Positions 33,232-44,999 of a stretch of 64,000 bases of DNA are shown piece by piece; the first letter of the stretch is position 1, and every line of letters starts with the position of its first letter. The stretch covers positions 619,409 through 683,408 of the forward strand of contig JAHDYR010000003.1 in the NCBI GenBank assembly GCA_019828565.1, read 5' to 3'. The notes beneath the pieces are model-generated. The model searched no databases. It had not been told where the DNA came from and saw only the letters and a list, made by a program, of their open reading frames with translations. A program made the position numbers and the translations under genes. This DNA comes from Carpediemonas membranifera BICM. Taxonomy: Eukaryota; Protista; Fornicata.

Positions 33232-33981
33232 ATGTCGATGAGCAGACGCGATGCTCCGAGATCCACGGAATGGGATGATATTCACCGGAAATTCCGTGGT
33301 GAGAAGGTATGAGCTTCCATGCTTCCCCCAATCACACAGACCGTGACCGAGGAGTGGGAGGAGGCCGAACAAGCCGCCCTCGAGCAGCAACAAGTGCTCC
33401 AGGCAATTATGGAGATTGAGCGCCTTGAAAATGCCACTATTGATGAGCTGGACGAGATGGAGGACGAGATGGACGAAGACGTCTTCGATTCGTACCGCCA
33501 GCAGCGTATGGAGGAGATGCGCAAGGAGGTCCAGCGCAACAAGTTCGGCTCTGTCTTCCGCATTGGCCAGACCGACTACACGGCGACCGTGGCGTGCAAG
33601 GGCGAGCACTTTGTGGTCTGTCTGCTATACGGCTCGGACCCGTGCTCCGCCAGGCTGCAGCACTACGTCACCCAGCTCGCCCCGAGGTTCAAGGATGTCA
33701 AGTTCGTGGAGATTGCCGCCACTGCTGCCATCCCGAACTACCCCGCGAAGAACGCGCCGACCCTGCTGGTGTACTACGATGGTGAGCAGAAGGAGGCCAT
33801 CGTAGGTCCCCTGCGACTTGGCGGGAACCAGGTCACTGCGGATGAGTTCGAATACATGCTCGGACAACGGAAGATCATCAAGACGAAGGTCGACCCCGAG
33901 AAGAAGAGGCGCGGACGGGGGATATTCGGGCGGATGGACGAGAGTGATCCGGACGAGAGCGACAGCGAGTATAGCGACTAA
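33232..33981 (+). CDS. Phosducin-like protein (PhLP2/PDCL3 type); intron 33307-33339
   Basis: Exon 1 contains STEWDDIHRK; exon 2 contains YRQQRMEEM..KFGSV..AIPNYP.KNAPTLLVY, a thioredoxin-like phosducin domain. Confidence 0.85.
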
Positions 33982-34193
33982 GGTGCAATTAAAGTGTAAT
34001 TTTCGGTGGGACCAACCCAGCAAGCCGTATCCCTTCCGGCGTCGGGAACTCGGTCTAGCCTATGCCATGGTTATGCCGTGCCATTGATGTCGAGTGACAT
34101 AGTATAGGCTCTATCTTCAAATCTGATGTTGAAGTTGCCGGTATCTTCAACCATCACAAAAATCCATCCACTAACAGAGCGTTTGCAGGACTA

Positions 34194-34629
34194 ATGAAGC
34201 AAACGAACGATAAGAACACCCGCTATCTTTGCTACAAGCTGAGCTCCCTTGGCTACAACAGGCACGAGATCATGCTACGCCTTGGCATCTCGGGCTTCGA
34301 GTATGACAGCATAACACGCCGCAGGAGGTCCAATGCGCATGCAATACGGACTTTACAAGCTTCAAGAGAGTCGTATACGAACATGTGCGTTGTCCCTTCC
34401 ACATTTCCACAGATACGGAATCAAGATTCCCGGTCTAGACCTTGAAGAGATCACATTCACCGTGGAGGAGAACGTGTTCGTTGACAGAGGCCACCCGATG
34501 TGTCGGGGCCGTGGGATGGGTCGTCCGGCTTCTGTGCGCCAGAGACTGCCGTCTCACCGTCCAAAGCACTTGCGGCGGCCCAGCAAGATCCGCGCTCTGT
34601 TCATTCAGTTCGTAGACCTTATACTATAG
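34194..34629 (+). CDS. Hypothetical protein (~135 aa); intron 34385-34412
   Basis: A 28-nt GTGCGT..TTCCACAG intron joins ORF 34194 in frame to ORF 34333-34629. Confidence 0.45.
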
Positions 34630-34885
34630 GCGGCGGAGGTCTACCGCCCTCAGTAAAGCAGCGAATGAACTCGTCCATCTCCCTCGCGATTCCTGCACAC
34701 AATAACGACTGTCGGACAAGTGAAATCACAGCGACGCACTCAAATATTCTTAAGTTTGGACCATTTACACCACCACGGGTCTAAACCTCCTCACTAAACA
34801 CATTGTTTGACCCTTCAAAAGCACACAGTGTGCAGTTTAATGTCCACAACGACCTAAGAGCTCGCACGCCGGCAAGCTCGCCCCC

Positions 34886-35966
34886 ATGTTCCTCAATTCA
34901 CCGACATCCTGCGGCTTCGAGAGCTTTGTCGACGACGCGGATGATGCCATATCCCCGGATGGCGTTTGTACCGAAATAGCCGCTCACGCAGTACCAAGCC
35001 CGGTCTCTCATGCCCGATGGCCCGGTCCATTCATCGTTACACTCCTCGATGCACGCAGAGCCGGTCTATGTGGGCCCGCACGAGGAGATGGACAACATCG
35101 AGATTGAGTTCAGCGCCATGTCGCTGCCAGAGGAGGAGAACGACCCTGCACCCATCTTCTCGCTCTCTCCACCAACAAGCATGATACCAATATCGCCGTC
35201 TGCCGCCGTCGCGGTGCCGTCCCACCAGTCATCCAGCGCAGCCTTCACCATGTCCCCCCCGAGCGGGACACCCCAGCCCCGCACCGCCCCCTCGAACACA
35301 TTCGCACTGTCCCCGTCGGCTGGGGTTGCCATGTCGTTGCCCAACCCGCCCCCAGCGGCGTTCCAGCCGCACTTTGGAGACCACCCCTCGAGGACGCTCT
35401 ATGTTCAGCACGCGGCCGTCGGCATGCTGACCATTGACGAGATCCAGCAGCTCTTTGGCCAGTTCGGCGACATCAGAGCGGTGTTCACCGAGTGTGCCTC
35501 CCAGGGCTACGTCCTCGTCTCCTACTACGACATTCGACACGCCAAGGCTGCTGTGCGCCGTCTCTCGGGCTTCCGGTACCGGAACATTCGCCTCGACATC
35601 CACTACTCCATACCGGTCGGCATCGAGGCGCTCCAGAACCAGGGGACGATCGTCGTCTTCAACCTCGACCCAGCCAGCACGAATGAGGAGCTGGCGCGGC
35701 TGTTTGGGGACTACGGCGAGCTCAAGGAGATCAGGGAGACTCCCAACAAAAAGCACCACAAGTTTATCGAGTTTTTCGACGTCAGGCACGCAGACGCAGC
35801 AATGGCCGGCCTGAACAAGCGAGAAATCAGAGGAAAGCGCATCAAGATCGAGCCCAGCCGACCCGGCGGGGCCCGTAGGAACATGGTGCAGCGGGTCCAA
35901 CCGTCACCCCGCCCCAGCGTGCAGGCGCGGCCAGGCGACGGGGTCCTGCCTCGCTGGGACCACTAA
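34886..35966 (+). CDS. Mei2-like RNA-binding protein (RRM1 and RRM2 only); intron 34964-34991
   Basis: HPSRTLYV..SYYDIRHA..LDIHYSIP..NQGTIVVFNLD..EIRETPNKKHHKFIEFFDVR..IKIEPSRPGGARR are hallmark Mei2-like RRM1/2 motifs. Confidence 0.85.
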
Positions 35967-36125
35967 ATATTGCGGATTGAATTTATGGGGATCCGGTGAG
36001 AGTACCGGTGACAAGGGGCCGTGGAATCAACTTGTGACACGATGACATGTGATGCTCGCCACGGCCCACTGAGATTACCACTTGGCCCCACCCTGTGATT
36101 TACTGCCGTGAACGCGCTACGTGCA

Positions 36126-38608
36126 CTAGACGGTGTTGGACACGGTCTGCTCCTGCCTGGCCATCTCCTGGGCGCCGTATCGCAGGGGGGCGGGGTCCCA
36201 TGCCGCCCGGTTGATGCCCAGGTGCTTCCTGTCCGTCGCCCTGATCGTACCAGTCACGGGCACGGCAACCTTGCCCTCCACGCCCGTGACGAACAGGGGT
36301 CGCTCCTCCTCCGTCGTCTTGTACTTGTTGCCGTGCCTCGTCGCCCACTGGCCACGGGATGTCCAGTCGCCCTCGTACGGCACCCGCTTGGCTTTTTGGA
36401 GATAGAACCCGCCCGCGGGGTTCGACTTGAACACCCGGACCTCGTACGGCAATAGGGCGCCAGTGCCGATGACCTCGTGACCTGTGCCGATGATACGCTG
36501 GCTAGCGTCGCTCGGGAAGGCCTGCAGGCCATCCAGGGGTGCGCCGTGCTTCATCTTGGTCTTGTGGGACGCGATATCCCTTACTTGCGACCGTCCAAAC
36601 AGGTATGTAGGCAATCTCGAGACAACCCTCGCCTTGGCCGGCATCATGAGAATATCGACGTAAGAGGCCATATCTGTAGCGAAGCAGCCGGTGTTAGCGT
36701 ATACCACGCGTGTGGGCAGACGGCGCTTGGCCTTGACCGGCTTCTGGCTCCCCAGGGCGGGAGTCCATTCGTCCGCCGGCCTGGCGCCCAGCGGTCTGTG
36801 GCGTCTGTAGCTCCGCAGAGACTGCTGGTGCGTGTGGGAGAAGACGTCGACCAGGTACGGTGATCTCCGCAGGAAGTGGCCCAGCTGGCCTGATATGGCG
36901 GCCCTGGACATGGCTGCGGCCTTCACTGAGCCGTATTCCTTCTGTGTGGTGCGCATGATATCCAGATATTGGTCCATAACCTGCTGCAGCGTGACAAACG
37001 AACCATCCTCCATGATGATGCGACGGTCGGCGATCTGCTCCCAGTTGTCCGCCTGGAAAGCGACCGTCATCACCTTGACAATCGCCCAGTGGCAGGCGGT
37101 CCTAAGCTTAAATATACTAAATAGCGGCGCGGCGAACCTGTTGCTGATATTCTGGGACACCTTGCGGTACCCCCCAGTTGCCCCGCCCTCGTTCAAACCG
37201 GACGACGCTGCACAGCGGCTCATAAAGTACGCGATGGGCCGCTTGTGCTCGGCGTGGGTGTACGGGCGGCATACGAAGTCATGGCAGTGTCCGTGGGTGA
37301 ATCTGATTCCAGATATGATCAGATCCTCGCCCTCCACGAAATGGACCGCCGTACCAAACAGTGCGAAGACATCAGACGCGGTGACGTCGTCGTCGTGGTT
37401 CCCCCGGAGGTAGTAGATCCTAACGCCGTTGGCTGCCACACGCTTGATGGCCTTGACGACACGAGAGGCCGTCGGGTCACGCAACATGTCGACCGCGGAC
37501 CTCGGTTTCTCCTCAGCGGGTGCAAGCCATCGTTCGACAATGTCACCGTTGATCACAAGAGTCGACACATAGGTGTCAACGGCTTCCATCTCCCCCAATA
37601 CAGACATGAGGCTGGCGTGGCTCTTCTCTGTGTGCCTGTGTAACATGAAACAAAGTATACGTACCAATGGCTCGATAAATGCAGGTCCGAGATGACCCGG
37701 ATCACATTCCTGTTTCTGTGGCGTCTAGCCATCTGCGAGTGAACCATAGTCGAGAGGCTCTCATCGTTGGGCCCCGGCGACGACGGCATCTCGAGGCCCA
37801 GAGACACCGGATTAACCTCAGCGGGGTTCTCGGCCTCGGTGTCCGTCTCGAACGCTGAAGAATTGCCCATGGCGGCCGGGTCCTCGAATGCTGTCGCTCG
37901 CTTGATCAGCTCGAGCAGGATTGACCGCACCCTGGTCGGTTCGACGCCTTCAGCCGTCTGCAGGGCCTCTAGCTCGGATACCAGCTCATCCTCCGGGTCT
38001 TGCTCTCGCATGTACTCGAGAAGCTTCTCCAAGACGATCTTGATGCCCTCAGCGTTGGCCTCGCGATCCTCCTGTGCTGAGTTGAGAAACGCACGTGCAC
38101 TCATCAGAAGAGACCCGAACGCCACCTCGTTGGTGGGCATCTCCCCTCCCTGGGGCGGTGTCCATGCCTGCTCGCTCATGAGGAAGAACTTGGCGGCCTT
38201 GACAACCTGGACCGGGTCCACTCCCACACGCCGCGTCATGAAGTGTACAACGTTGGCCGACGCCCTCTGGGAGATAGAGCGGACCTTCCGCTGGAACCTG
38301 TCCTCTGCCTGGTCTCCGATACCTGTGGCAGCGGCCAAAGCGAGGTTAGTAAGCATCGTGATGTCCTTCATCTCACTTCGCTGGAGCCCCAGTGTACCAA
38401 GAACATGTCTAACTGGGTCTGTGTTGGGCAGGCGGAGGAGAGAGGAGCCCTGGCGCTTCAGGGATTCGTGCTGCGAAGGTGTTGCAGGCGAATCGGAAGA
38501 ATACCCACTAGAATCGTCCGAATCGCTTGAATCAGAGATATCTATGGCCAGTTGATCAATCCTGCTAACGAGCATGGCTGCAACAGCCTCCTCCTTCTCA
38601 GGGTCCAT
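36126..38608 (-). CDS. Calcineurin-like metallophosphoesterase with long N-terminal extension; intron 37636-37664
   Basis: Motifs ISDLHL, INGD, LRGNHD, FTHGH, FSHTH and YANTGC. A 29-nt GTACGT..TTACACAG intron joins the two ORFs. Confidence 0.8.
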
Positions 38609-39133
38609 CCTTTAGTCAGGTTGTCCGATCAAATCCAGCAGATTGATGACCCCCAGCCCACCCCAGCAAGGGTCCATACCGGACGTCAGTCGGCCCGTTC
38701 ATTGCCCCGACCCTATCTGGGCGACAGTGGCAGGGCGGGCGGTGTCTTCTTGACACTGCTCAGTGCTGAGACTTGCGCGATTTGGGCGATAAGAATGGCA
38801 ACCCCGGGCAGTCAGCGAACTGATGCAATCCATGCAGCTTACGCCTGCCAGCAGCCTGCTGTGCACATTTTCCCCCAAGTGTGGAAAGAATCGGAAATCG
38901 CGAGAGGGGCAATCAACAACACGAGAGCCCTTTGTAACCTCTGAGAAACGCCGTGTTGCCTAGTGCGTGGAGATTTTATCCCCAAATCTGACATCACTCT
39001 CAGACTCCACAATTTAAACTTCACCCAACTTTAAACTCGGACCATGGCACATGTTAATGGTTGAATCGCCACATACTGCTGCATAGACTGTCGGGCACGC
39101 CTTTTATAAACTATCTATGTCACATATCGACTG

Positions 39134-41701
39134 TCACGACACCGTCTGGGTCGGGGCAATGTCGCAGGGCGCCTTGTGGTGGCCCTCCTCGCACTCGGCC
39201 TTCAGCTTCAGACAGCAGTGACAGAACGACGTCCCGCACCCGCCGTTGGCCTTCTGGCACGTCGATATCTTGCAACCGTCCTCCCCCAACCGGAACGAGA
39301 GTTGCCCGCAGCTGGGGCAGAGTCGCAGTGCAGGAATGCCCTCCCACCCATCGATGTTGATGCGGGCACAAGTTTCGAGGGCCCGGGTGAGCTCCATCGC
39401 CTCCAAGGCGGAGAGGCTGTCCCCCTGTAACGCAGCCAGCCCCATCGCCCAGGCCTGTGCAAGCCGCTCGAGCCCGGGGCCTGACCTGCTGACGACCCCG
39501 GCGATCTGCCGAGTCAGAGCTGGGGTCCACGCCGCCCTCGGGGCCTTGTCGAGCACGAGCCTCAGGACCCGCGTGACGGCGGAGGAGACTGCCGAGACGG
39601 CCGGGGAAAGTTTTGATTCAATCAAACCAGCCGTGTCGGCCAGGCCTGCGGAGAACTGGAGCAGGCTGTTAGCTAGGGTCAGACACACCGCGGCGGACGC
39701 CCTGGCGGACGCGGCAGTCACGCTGCACTGCAACAGAGTCAGGGCGACGGGGGAGACGGGGAAGCGCAGCGCCTCGGCCACTGGGGCCTGTGTGTATGAC
39801 CGGCAGAGTAGGGCGAGCACGGGAAGCAGGGGCGACGTCTCGAGGTCAACATGAGCCCTGGTGACGATGGCGCTGACGCGGAGCATCGTCTGAGTGAAGA
39901 GCGCGTCCGTGAGGTGCTCGTCGCCGAACGTGGCGCTGCAGAGACAGGCGATGGTCAGCAGCTGCGGCATGTGCTCAGCCGACGCCCCCTCGAGGAACAT
40001 CGACGGGGGCTGGTCGGCATCCAGAGGGCCCAGCAGACCCGCCTTGAGGGCGGCGAACAGTCTGCTGGCAGGGTCAAGCATAGCCGTGGTGCGGCGGACG
40101 CAGAGATGCTTCAGGACGGCGAGCAAGACGAGGTGCTGGGCGTCAGACACGTACTGGTCCCGGACAGCGGCCATCGGCTCGGCCAGACCGAGAATGGTTG
40201 CGATATCATCGGCATCGACGGCCTGCAGGGCGTGTGTCACAGCAAGTGAGAGCGGGGAGTTCTTGCCGTCTCGCCTGGGCTCAATCTCGGCCAAGCATTT
40301 GACATCGAGCTGCAAGGCGGCTGCGGTGGCGGCCCTCACGGCGTCCCTGGCTGCGGACCCCAACACCGAGAAGGACGACGATGAGTACTGCTCCAGATCC
40401 TTGAAGAAAGGGGCAATCGGGTTCTTCCCGTTGAGGTCCTCGACAGTGGACTGCTTGATGGCGTCGAGATCCGCCGGCCGCATGGGGCCAGCCTGGTCTT
40501 CCGCAGGCAGGGTGCCAGCAAGCGAATCTTCGTCATCAGATCTGTGATGTGACATCGTATCTGCCCTGCATGACCGCCCAGATCCCCTGAGACTCCGAAT
40601 GGTCTGCACCCCGCGTGTGGGCGTGATGGTGTAGTCCAGACTTCCGGAAAGCTTGGGCAGGGTCGGAAGAGTCGACGGCTCGGGCCCGTCCTCGCTAAAC
40701 CTGCGGGATGACCGAGGCGACGCGTCACTGCCATCCTCGGCCAAGCTGGACAACAGGCAGCCGTCCCCCTGCAGCTCTGGGGTGGGGTCTGGTACAACGG
40801 TGTGGCCCCGCTCCGACCTCTGCGGAGGGGGCGGGATCGGTGTGGGGAGGGCTATGTCGGGGGTGACGGTCGCCTCGAGCAGCTGCGCCTGGACGCCCAC
40901 GCTTTGGCCGGCCGCTCTGGGGCGGGCCAGCTGTGCCAGCATGCGGGTCCGCGTCTTCTTCCACCTCGCCTTCATGTCGCCGACCTCCGCGTCATGCTGC
41001 GCCCGCTCGGCCTTGAGCGTGTGGGAGAGCTCGCTCACCCTCGACTCGGCGTAGTCCAGCCGCTGGTGCACCGCCTCGAGCTGGGACACGGCCTCATCCT
41101 TGGCTGCACTCTCCTCCTCGAGCTTTCCCATCAGCCTCGACCGGTGCTCCCGCAAGCCGGCCGTCACATCGCGGCTCAGCTCGGCCTGCTGCTTCGCCGC
41201 CCGGAGCGCCTTCTTGAGCTGCTCTACTTTCCCCTCGAGCTCCTGCACTCTGCGTACGAGTGTCGTATCCGTCCGCTGCTTGGGCTGACTCATTGCTCGG
41301 CGGGGGGCGGCGCTGGGGCAGACAGTCTGCGTCGACGTGTCGGTTCGGGGCACAGAGTAGAGGCGCTGGAACACCGCTGATATCGCTTCTTCGCTAGGGC
41401 GCTCCTTGGCGGGCGTTGGTTTCCTGTCGGCGGCCTTGGACTTGGGCTTGCGAGCTTTCTTGCCCTTGGGCGCAGGCCTTTCTTCTTCTACGAGCACACT
41501 TGAAGCTAAAGTCTCGGCAGTTTTTCTCTGGACTAGCATCCCGCGCTTGAGCTTTAGCAGCGCGATCATTTGCTTGACCGACTCTTCCTCTAGGACGATG
41601 GTGCTTTCGTCGGAAGAAAACGCATCTGATAGGAGATCTCCTGTGTAACTAGTGTCATATTCTTCATCATAATCGTCGTAATCAGTCTCGCTCGCCGACA
41701 T
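39134..41701 (-). CDS. Coiled-coil protein with C-terminal IBR/RING2-like zinc finger
   Basis: Long coiled coil; terminal CPSC..GCKISTC..CGTSFCHCCL..H..C. The start is taken at MSASETDY and is uncertain. Confidence 0.65.
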   Translation of the reverse strand: MSASETDYDDYDEEYDTSYTGDLLSDAFSSDESTIVLEEESVKQMIALLKLKRGMLVQRKTAETLASSVLVEEERPAPKGKKARKPKSKAADRKPTPAKERPSEEAISAVFQRLYSVPRTDTSTQTVCPSAAPRRAMSQPKQRTDTTLVRRVQELEGKVEQLKKALRAAKQQAELSRDVTAGLREHRSRLMGKLEEESAAKDEAVSQLEAVHQRLDYAESRVSELSHTLKAERAQHDAEVGDMKARWKKTRTRMLAQLARPRAAGQSVGVQAQLLEATVTPDIALPTPIPPPPQRSERGHTVVPDPTPELQGDGCLLSSLAEDGSDASPRSSRRFSEDGPEPSTLPTLPKLSGSLDYTITPTRGVQTIRSLRGSGRSCRADTMSHHRSDDEDSLAGTLPAEDQAGPMRPADLDAIKQSTVEDLNGKNPIAPFFKDLEQYSSSSFSVLGSAARDAVRAATAAALQLDVKCLAEIEPRRDGKNSPLSLAVTHALQAVDADDIATILGLAEPMAAVRDQYVSDAQHLVLLAVLKHLCVRRTTAMLDPASRLFAALKAGLLGPLDADQPPSMFLEGASAEHMPQLLTIACLCSATFGDEHLTDALFTQTMLRVSAIVTRAHVDLETSPLLPVLALLCRSYTQAPVAEALRFPVSPVALTLLQCSVTAASARASAAVCLTLANSLLQFSAGLADTAGLIESKLSPAVSAVSSAVTRVLRLVLDKAPRAAWTPALTRQIAGVVSRSGPGLERLAQAWAMGLAALQGDSLSALEAMELTRALETCARINIDGWEGIPALRLCPSCGQLSFRLGEDGCKISTCQKANGGCGTSFCHCCLKLKAECEEGHHKAPCDIAPTQTVS

Positions 41702-41880
41702 CAGCGCGTTTTTCGGGCAAATCCTCGGTAAAATGCGGAGTCGGTTTCGAGCCAGAAGCAGTCTTGGGAGTGCATAGAACGGCATAGAGATAACGAAGAG
41801 AGGTGTTGCAGTCCCAAATGACCCCAGCCGTCATGGAGAAGCTTGGTACTTAACCTGCGTTTTGGTATTCATCATCGTTC

Positions 41881-43314
41881 ATGGCCAAGAAGAGGGCGAA
41901 GATCGACGAGGATTACGAAGAGGATTATAGTGACGAGAATGAGGATTATGACATCGACGAGGAGGTTGAACCTATCCCAGAACAAGCGAACGAGGTCGAT
42001 TTTGAGCAAGTCATTGAGAACGAAGATGATCGCAAGTATCTGAATAGTCTGACGCAAGTTGAGCGAATCCAGATCCTTAACGACAGGTGGCAGCGCAGGC
42101 GTCTCGAGCTGGAGGCCCAGCAGATTCAGGCGAGCACGTCGGGCGCCATGAAGCGCAAGGCCGCCCACCACTCCTCCTCTGGCCGTGCCCAGGCCATGCG
42201 CGTTGCTGCCCAGCGCAACCAGAAGCAGAAGCACGATGTTGAGGAGGAGGACGACATTGCGGACCTCCTCTTTGAGGGAATGGAGGACATCGACGACGAC
42301 ATGGAGCAGCGCATGCTCGAGAGCGACGACATCCAGGCCGCCACCATCGGCAGGAACGAGATCATGGACCATGTTGGGTCATGGCGCGAGAAGGCACTGA
42401 AAGGCCTGTTCGTCCGATATGTCGCCGTCCCTGCCGCCATGATGCCCGACAAGCGCGATAAGAACGGCAACTCGCTGCCCAAGCAGAACGTCTACGGCAT
42501 CGGCCGCATCGAGGCCATCGTCCACCGTGCCAAGTCCAGCAGGTTCGCCGCCCGACTCGCACGGGCGGACGACGAAGTTTCCAGGGCCAAGGTCGAGCGG
42601 GACGAGAAGCTTCGCAACTGCAGACTCGAGCTGGACGTCGTGGGGGACAAGTTGAAGCGCTACACGATGACGCACATCTCGTCGGACCCCACTCTCTCGG
42701 CCACGGAGTTTGAGCGCTGGACGGAGTTCCACAGCGCCAAGGGGAGGTCCGTGCCCGCCGTGGGTGACGTAGACAAGGCTGGGCGTCTGCTCGCCATGCT
42801 GCGGTGTGACCCTAAGCCGACGGGTGCGGGGCGGGGGACCGTCCACAAGAAGGAGCGGTACACGCACGCTGACCTCGCGGAGGCCATCGGCCAGAAGCAC
42901 CTGCTGCCCGCGAACCTGACTGCGCGCGTGCAGTACGTGAACCTACACGTTACTAGCCTCAGACAGAACCTCGCCCTGATGCCCGCCGGGACCGACGAGC
43001 ATGCTGCGGTGTCTGATGAGATACAGATGTTGATCACCGCGAAGGAGGCCGCCATGGCAGAGCTGAAGTCCCGGGGCGAGGTCAAGTCCAGCAATGCCGC
43101 GAGAGGCGGGTCGACCGCCAAGCAGTATCACGTCCTTAACCTCGACAAGTGCGCCATTCTCGCGGCCAGCCAGCCCCGCAAGCACGCGATGACTGTGGTT
43201 CCGAGCAGCCTTTCGAAGGTGGACGAGACGATTGCCCAGATCCAGGTGGTGAAGAGCGCGCTCGACCCGGCCGTGATCAAGGCGACCCTGGAGCGGCTGA
43301 ACATCAAGGTATGA
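41881..43314 (+). CDS. RTF1: PAF1-complex RTF1-like protein (Plus-3 domain)
   Basis: LNSLTQVERIQILNDR (Rtf1 HMD-like); Plus-3-like TIGRNEI..ALKGLFVRY..VYGIGRI..ISS..EFERW. Confidence 0.7.
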   Translation: MAKKRAKIDEDYEEDYSDENEDYDIDEEVEPIPEQANEVDFEQVIENEDDRKYLNSLTQVERIQILNDRWQRRRLELEAQQIQASTSGAMKRKAAHHSSSGRAQAMRVAAQRNQKQKHDVEEEDDIADLLFEGMEDIDDDMEQRMLESDDIQAATIGRNEIMDHVGSWREKALKGLFVRYVAVPAAMMPDKRDKNGNSLPKQNVYGIGRIEAIVHRAKSSRFAARLARADDEVSRAKVERDEKLRNCRLELDVVGDKLKRYTMTHISSDPTLSATEFERWTEFHSAKGRSVPAVGDVDKAGRLLAMLRCDPKPTGAGRGTVHKKERYTHADLAEAIGQKHLLPANLTARVQYVNLHVTSLRQNLALMPAGTDEHAAVSDEIQMLITAKEAAMAELKSRGEVKSSNAARGGSTAKQYHVLNLDKCAILAASQPRKHAMTVVPSSLSKVDETIAQIQVVKSALDPAVIKATLERLNIKV

Positions 43315-43412
43315 GTGTGGCGTTTGTGATAAATGAGGCACTGCAATAAGGCCTTTATGAGATGATGGACACAGTACAGCTCAACACTCTCATGGTGCAG
43401 GACGGCCATTTA

Positions 43413-44999
43413 TTACAAGCCACTGTACGGCTGGCACTTGAAGCTGTTGTCGGACACCAGCAGGTAGAGCTTGTCCCGCCCAACCTCGCCCCGCATCGTC
43501 AGCACGAGCTTGGTGATCGAGTCCGCCTCCTTCGCCTTGTCCAGCACGTCGGCAACCCACCCCACCAGACGGACCGGCCGGCTCAGCGAGACGTCCGCAG
43601 AGGCTTCAGCGTCCTGGCCCTCGCCCTCGGGAATGGGTTCGTGCGACACTGCGACGACATGGTGCTGCAGATGCTCTGTTGACAGATGGGCTATGTCCAT
43701 CGTGTACGCCGTGACGCGGCCGTCAACAGCACCGACGACCGTCGACCACTCTGAAGCGGTGCGGTGCATTGTCTGGGGCTGGACCATCACGACTCGCGAT
43801 AGAGGGACTGTGACCGTCCTAGCCCGGGGTATGGGCGTCGTGGGGCCGACGTAGCGGGCCCTGTCGCCCTCTGGAACCCTCAGGGCGTGCGGCCCGTTGA
43901 GGTAAGCATCCATGATGCGGTCAACGGGGTTCGTCTCCGCGAGGTTCAGCTCCCGTACGATGGCGGAGATGTGCTTCTGCAGCACGGGCAGTTTAAAGTG
44001 CCACTGGATGTTGCGGGCCGGAGCGTTGGCCGCACTGACAGCACCCTGGTGCTGGGCGAAGAAGCGGCGGTAGCGGATGGGGTTGCCCATGCCGTAGTCG
44101 GAGAGATCCCACAGCGCCACGCAATGCGAGACGTGACATGTGTCCTGGTTGAAGAGACGGATGACTTTCATCAAATGATGCGACGGCTCGGCCAGGGCGG
44201 CGTACTCCGCGTCAGGCCCAGCGGCGCCTTGCTTCGTGGTCAGCTTTGGGGGGTGGCAGCGTTGATCGTCGACCACGACACAGCAGACGGTAGAGCTCGG
44301 CTGCCTCACGCGCTCCCGGACGGCGGCCGTGAGCTTCTCGAGGCAGTTGTCGTAGTGCTTTATGCTCCTGTCAGCCTGCGTGCCTCGAGATTCGTACTCG
44401 CCGATTTCTTTGGTCCTGCCTACGAAGTGGCAGATGGGCGTCTGGACCCGTAGGCCGTCGACAGGCCAGCCTTGGATGAGCTCAGCAGCCCCGATGCATC
44501 CAGGAACACCCAAACCGTCTCCAGAGGGGTCCAGGGAGACATACATGATTGTCTTACCCGGGTTGATGCGAGCGACATTGTTGATGACAGAGCGGCAGAG
44601 GCCGGTGCGACCCACCTGCCCCTTGCCGTCCCTGGTGCCACCAGTAACTACAAAGCACGGCGTGGACCTGGGCTCCTGCGTCTGGGGGTCAATGTGGTGG
44701 CGGGGAGCCCCAATTGATTCCTGTAGGAAACGAGTCAGTCCCTGGCTTAGAACAGCGCCACTTTGTTGACTTCTTTCAACCTTTGCGGGACCAACAGTAG
44801 TAACCTTAACCTTGGTGGTATTATGTCCAGAAAAGAGGTTATGCAGGCCGAATCCGAGCCGGTATGTCTTGTTTCGCACTAATTCTGCACCAAAAACATA
44901 TGCAGATCCAGTCACAAGCATTAAATCTGCAGTTCCATTGTTAGGTACCTTAATAAAGAGCTCATCATACTCTTTGAGCTCGTATTCTTGAGACCCCAT
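43413..44999 (-). CDS. CLP1: mRNA cleavage/polyadenylation factor Clp1-like
   Basis: N-terminus EYELKEYDEL..LVTGSAYVFGAELVRNKTY; degenerate P-loop; YVSLDP..VPGCIGA; C-terminal domain LQHHVVAVS..LVGWVADV. Confidence 0.75.
   Translation of the reverse strand: MGSQEYELKEYDELFIKVPNNGTADLMLVTGSAYVFGAELVRNKTYRLGFGLHNLFSGHNTTKVKVTTVGPAKVERSQQSGAVLSQGLTRFLQESIGAPRHHIDPQTQEPRSTPCFVVTGGTRDGKGQVGRTGLCRSVINNVARINPGKTIMYVSLDPSGDGLGVPGCIGAAELIQGWPVDGLRVQTPICHFVGRTKEIGEYESRGTQADRSIKHYDNCLEKLTAAVRERVRQPSSTVCCVVVDDQRCHPPKLTTKQGAAGPDAEYAALAEPSHHLMKVIRLFNQDTCHVSHCVALWDLSDYGMGNPIRYRRFFAQHQGAVSAANAPARNIQWHFKLPVLQKHISAIVRELNLAETNPVDRIMDAYLNGPHALRVPEGDRARYVGPTTPIPRARTVTVPLSRVVMVQPQTMHRTASEWSTVVGAVDGRVTAYTMDIAHLSTEHLQHHVVAVSHEPIPEGEGQDAEASADVSLSRPVRLVGWVADVLDKAKEADSITKLVLTMRGEVGRDKLYLLVSDNSFKCQPYSGL

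Noticed and set aside
38620-39050. Possible structured ncRNA in an unusually long intergenic gap
   Set aside because: No recognisable RNase P/MRP, SRP, snRNA or tRNA motifs by eye; an Infernal/Rfam search would be needed.
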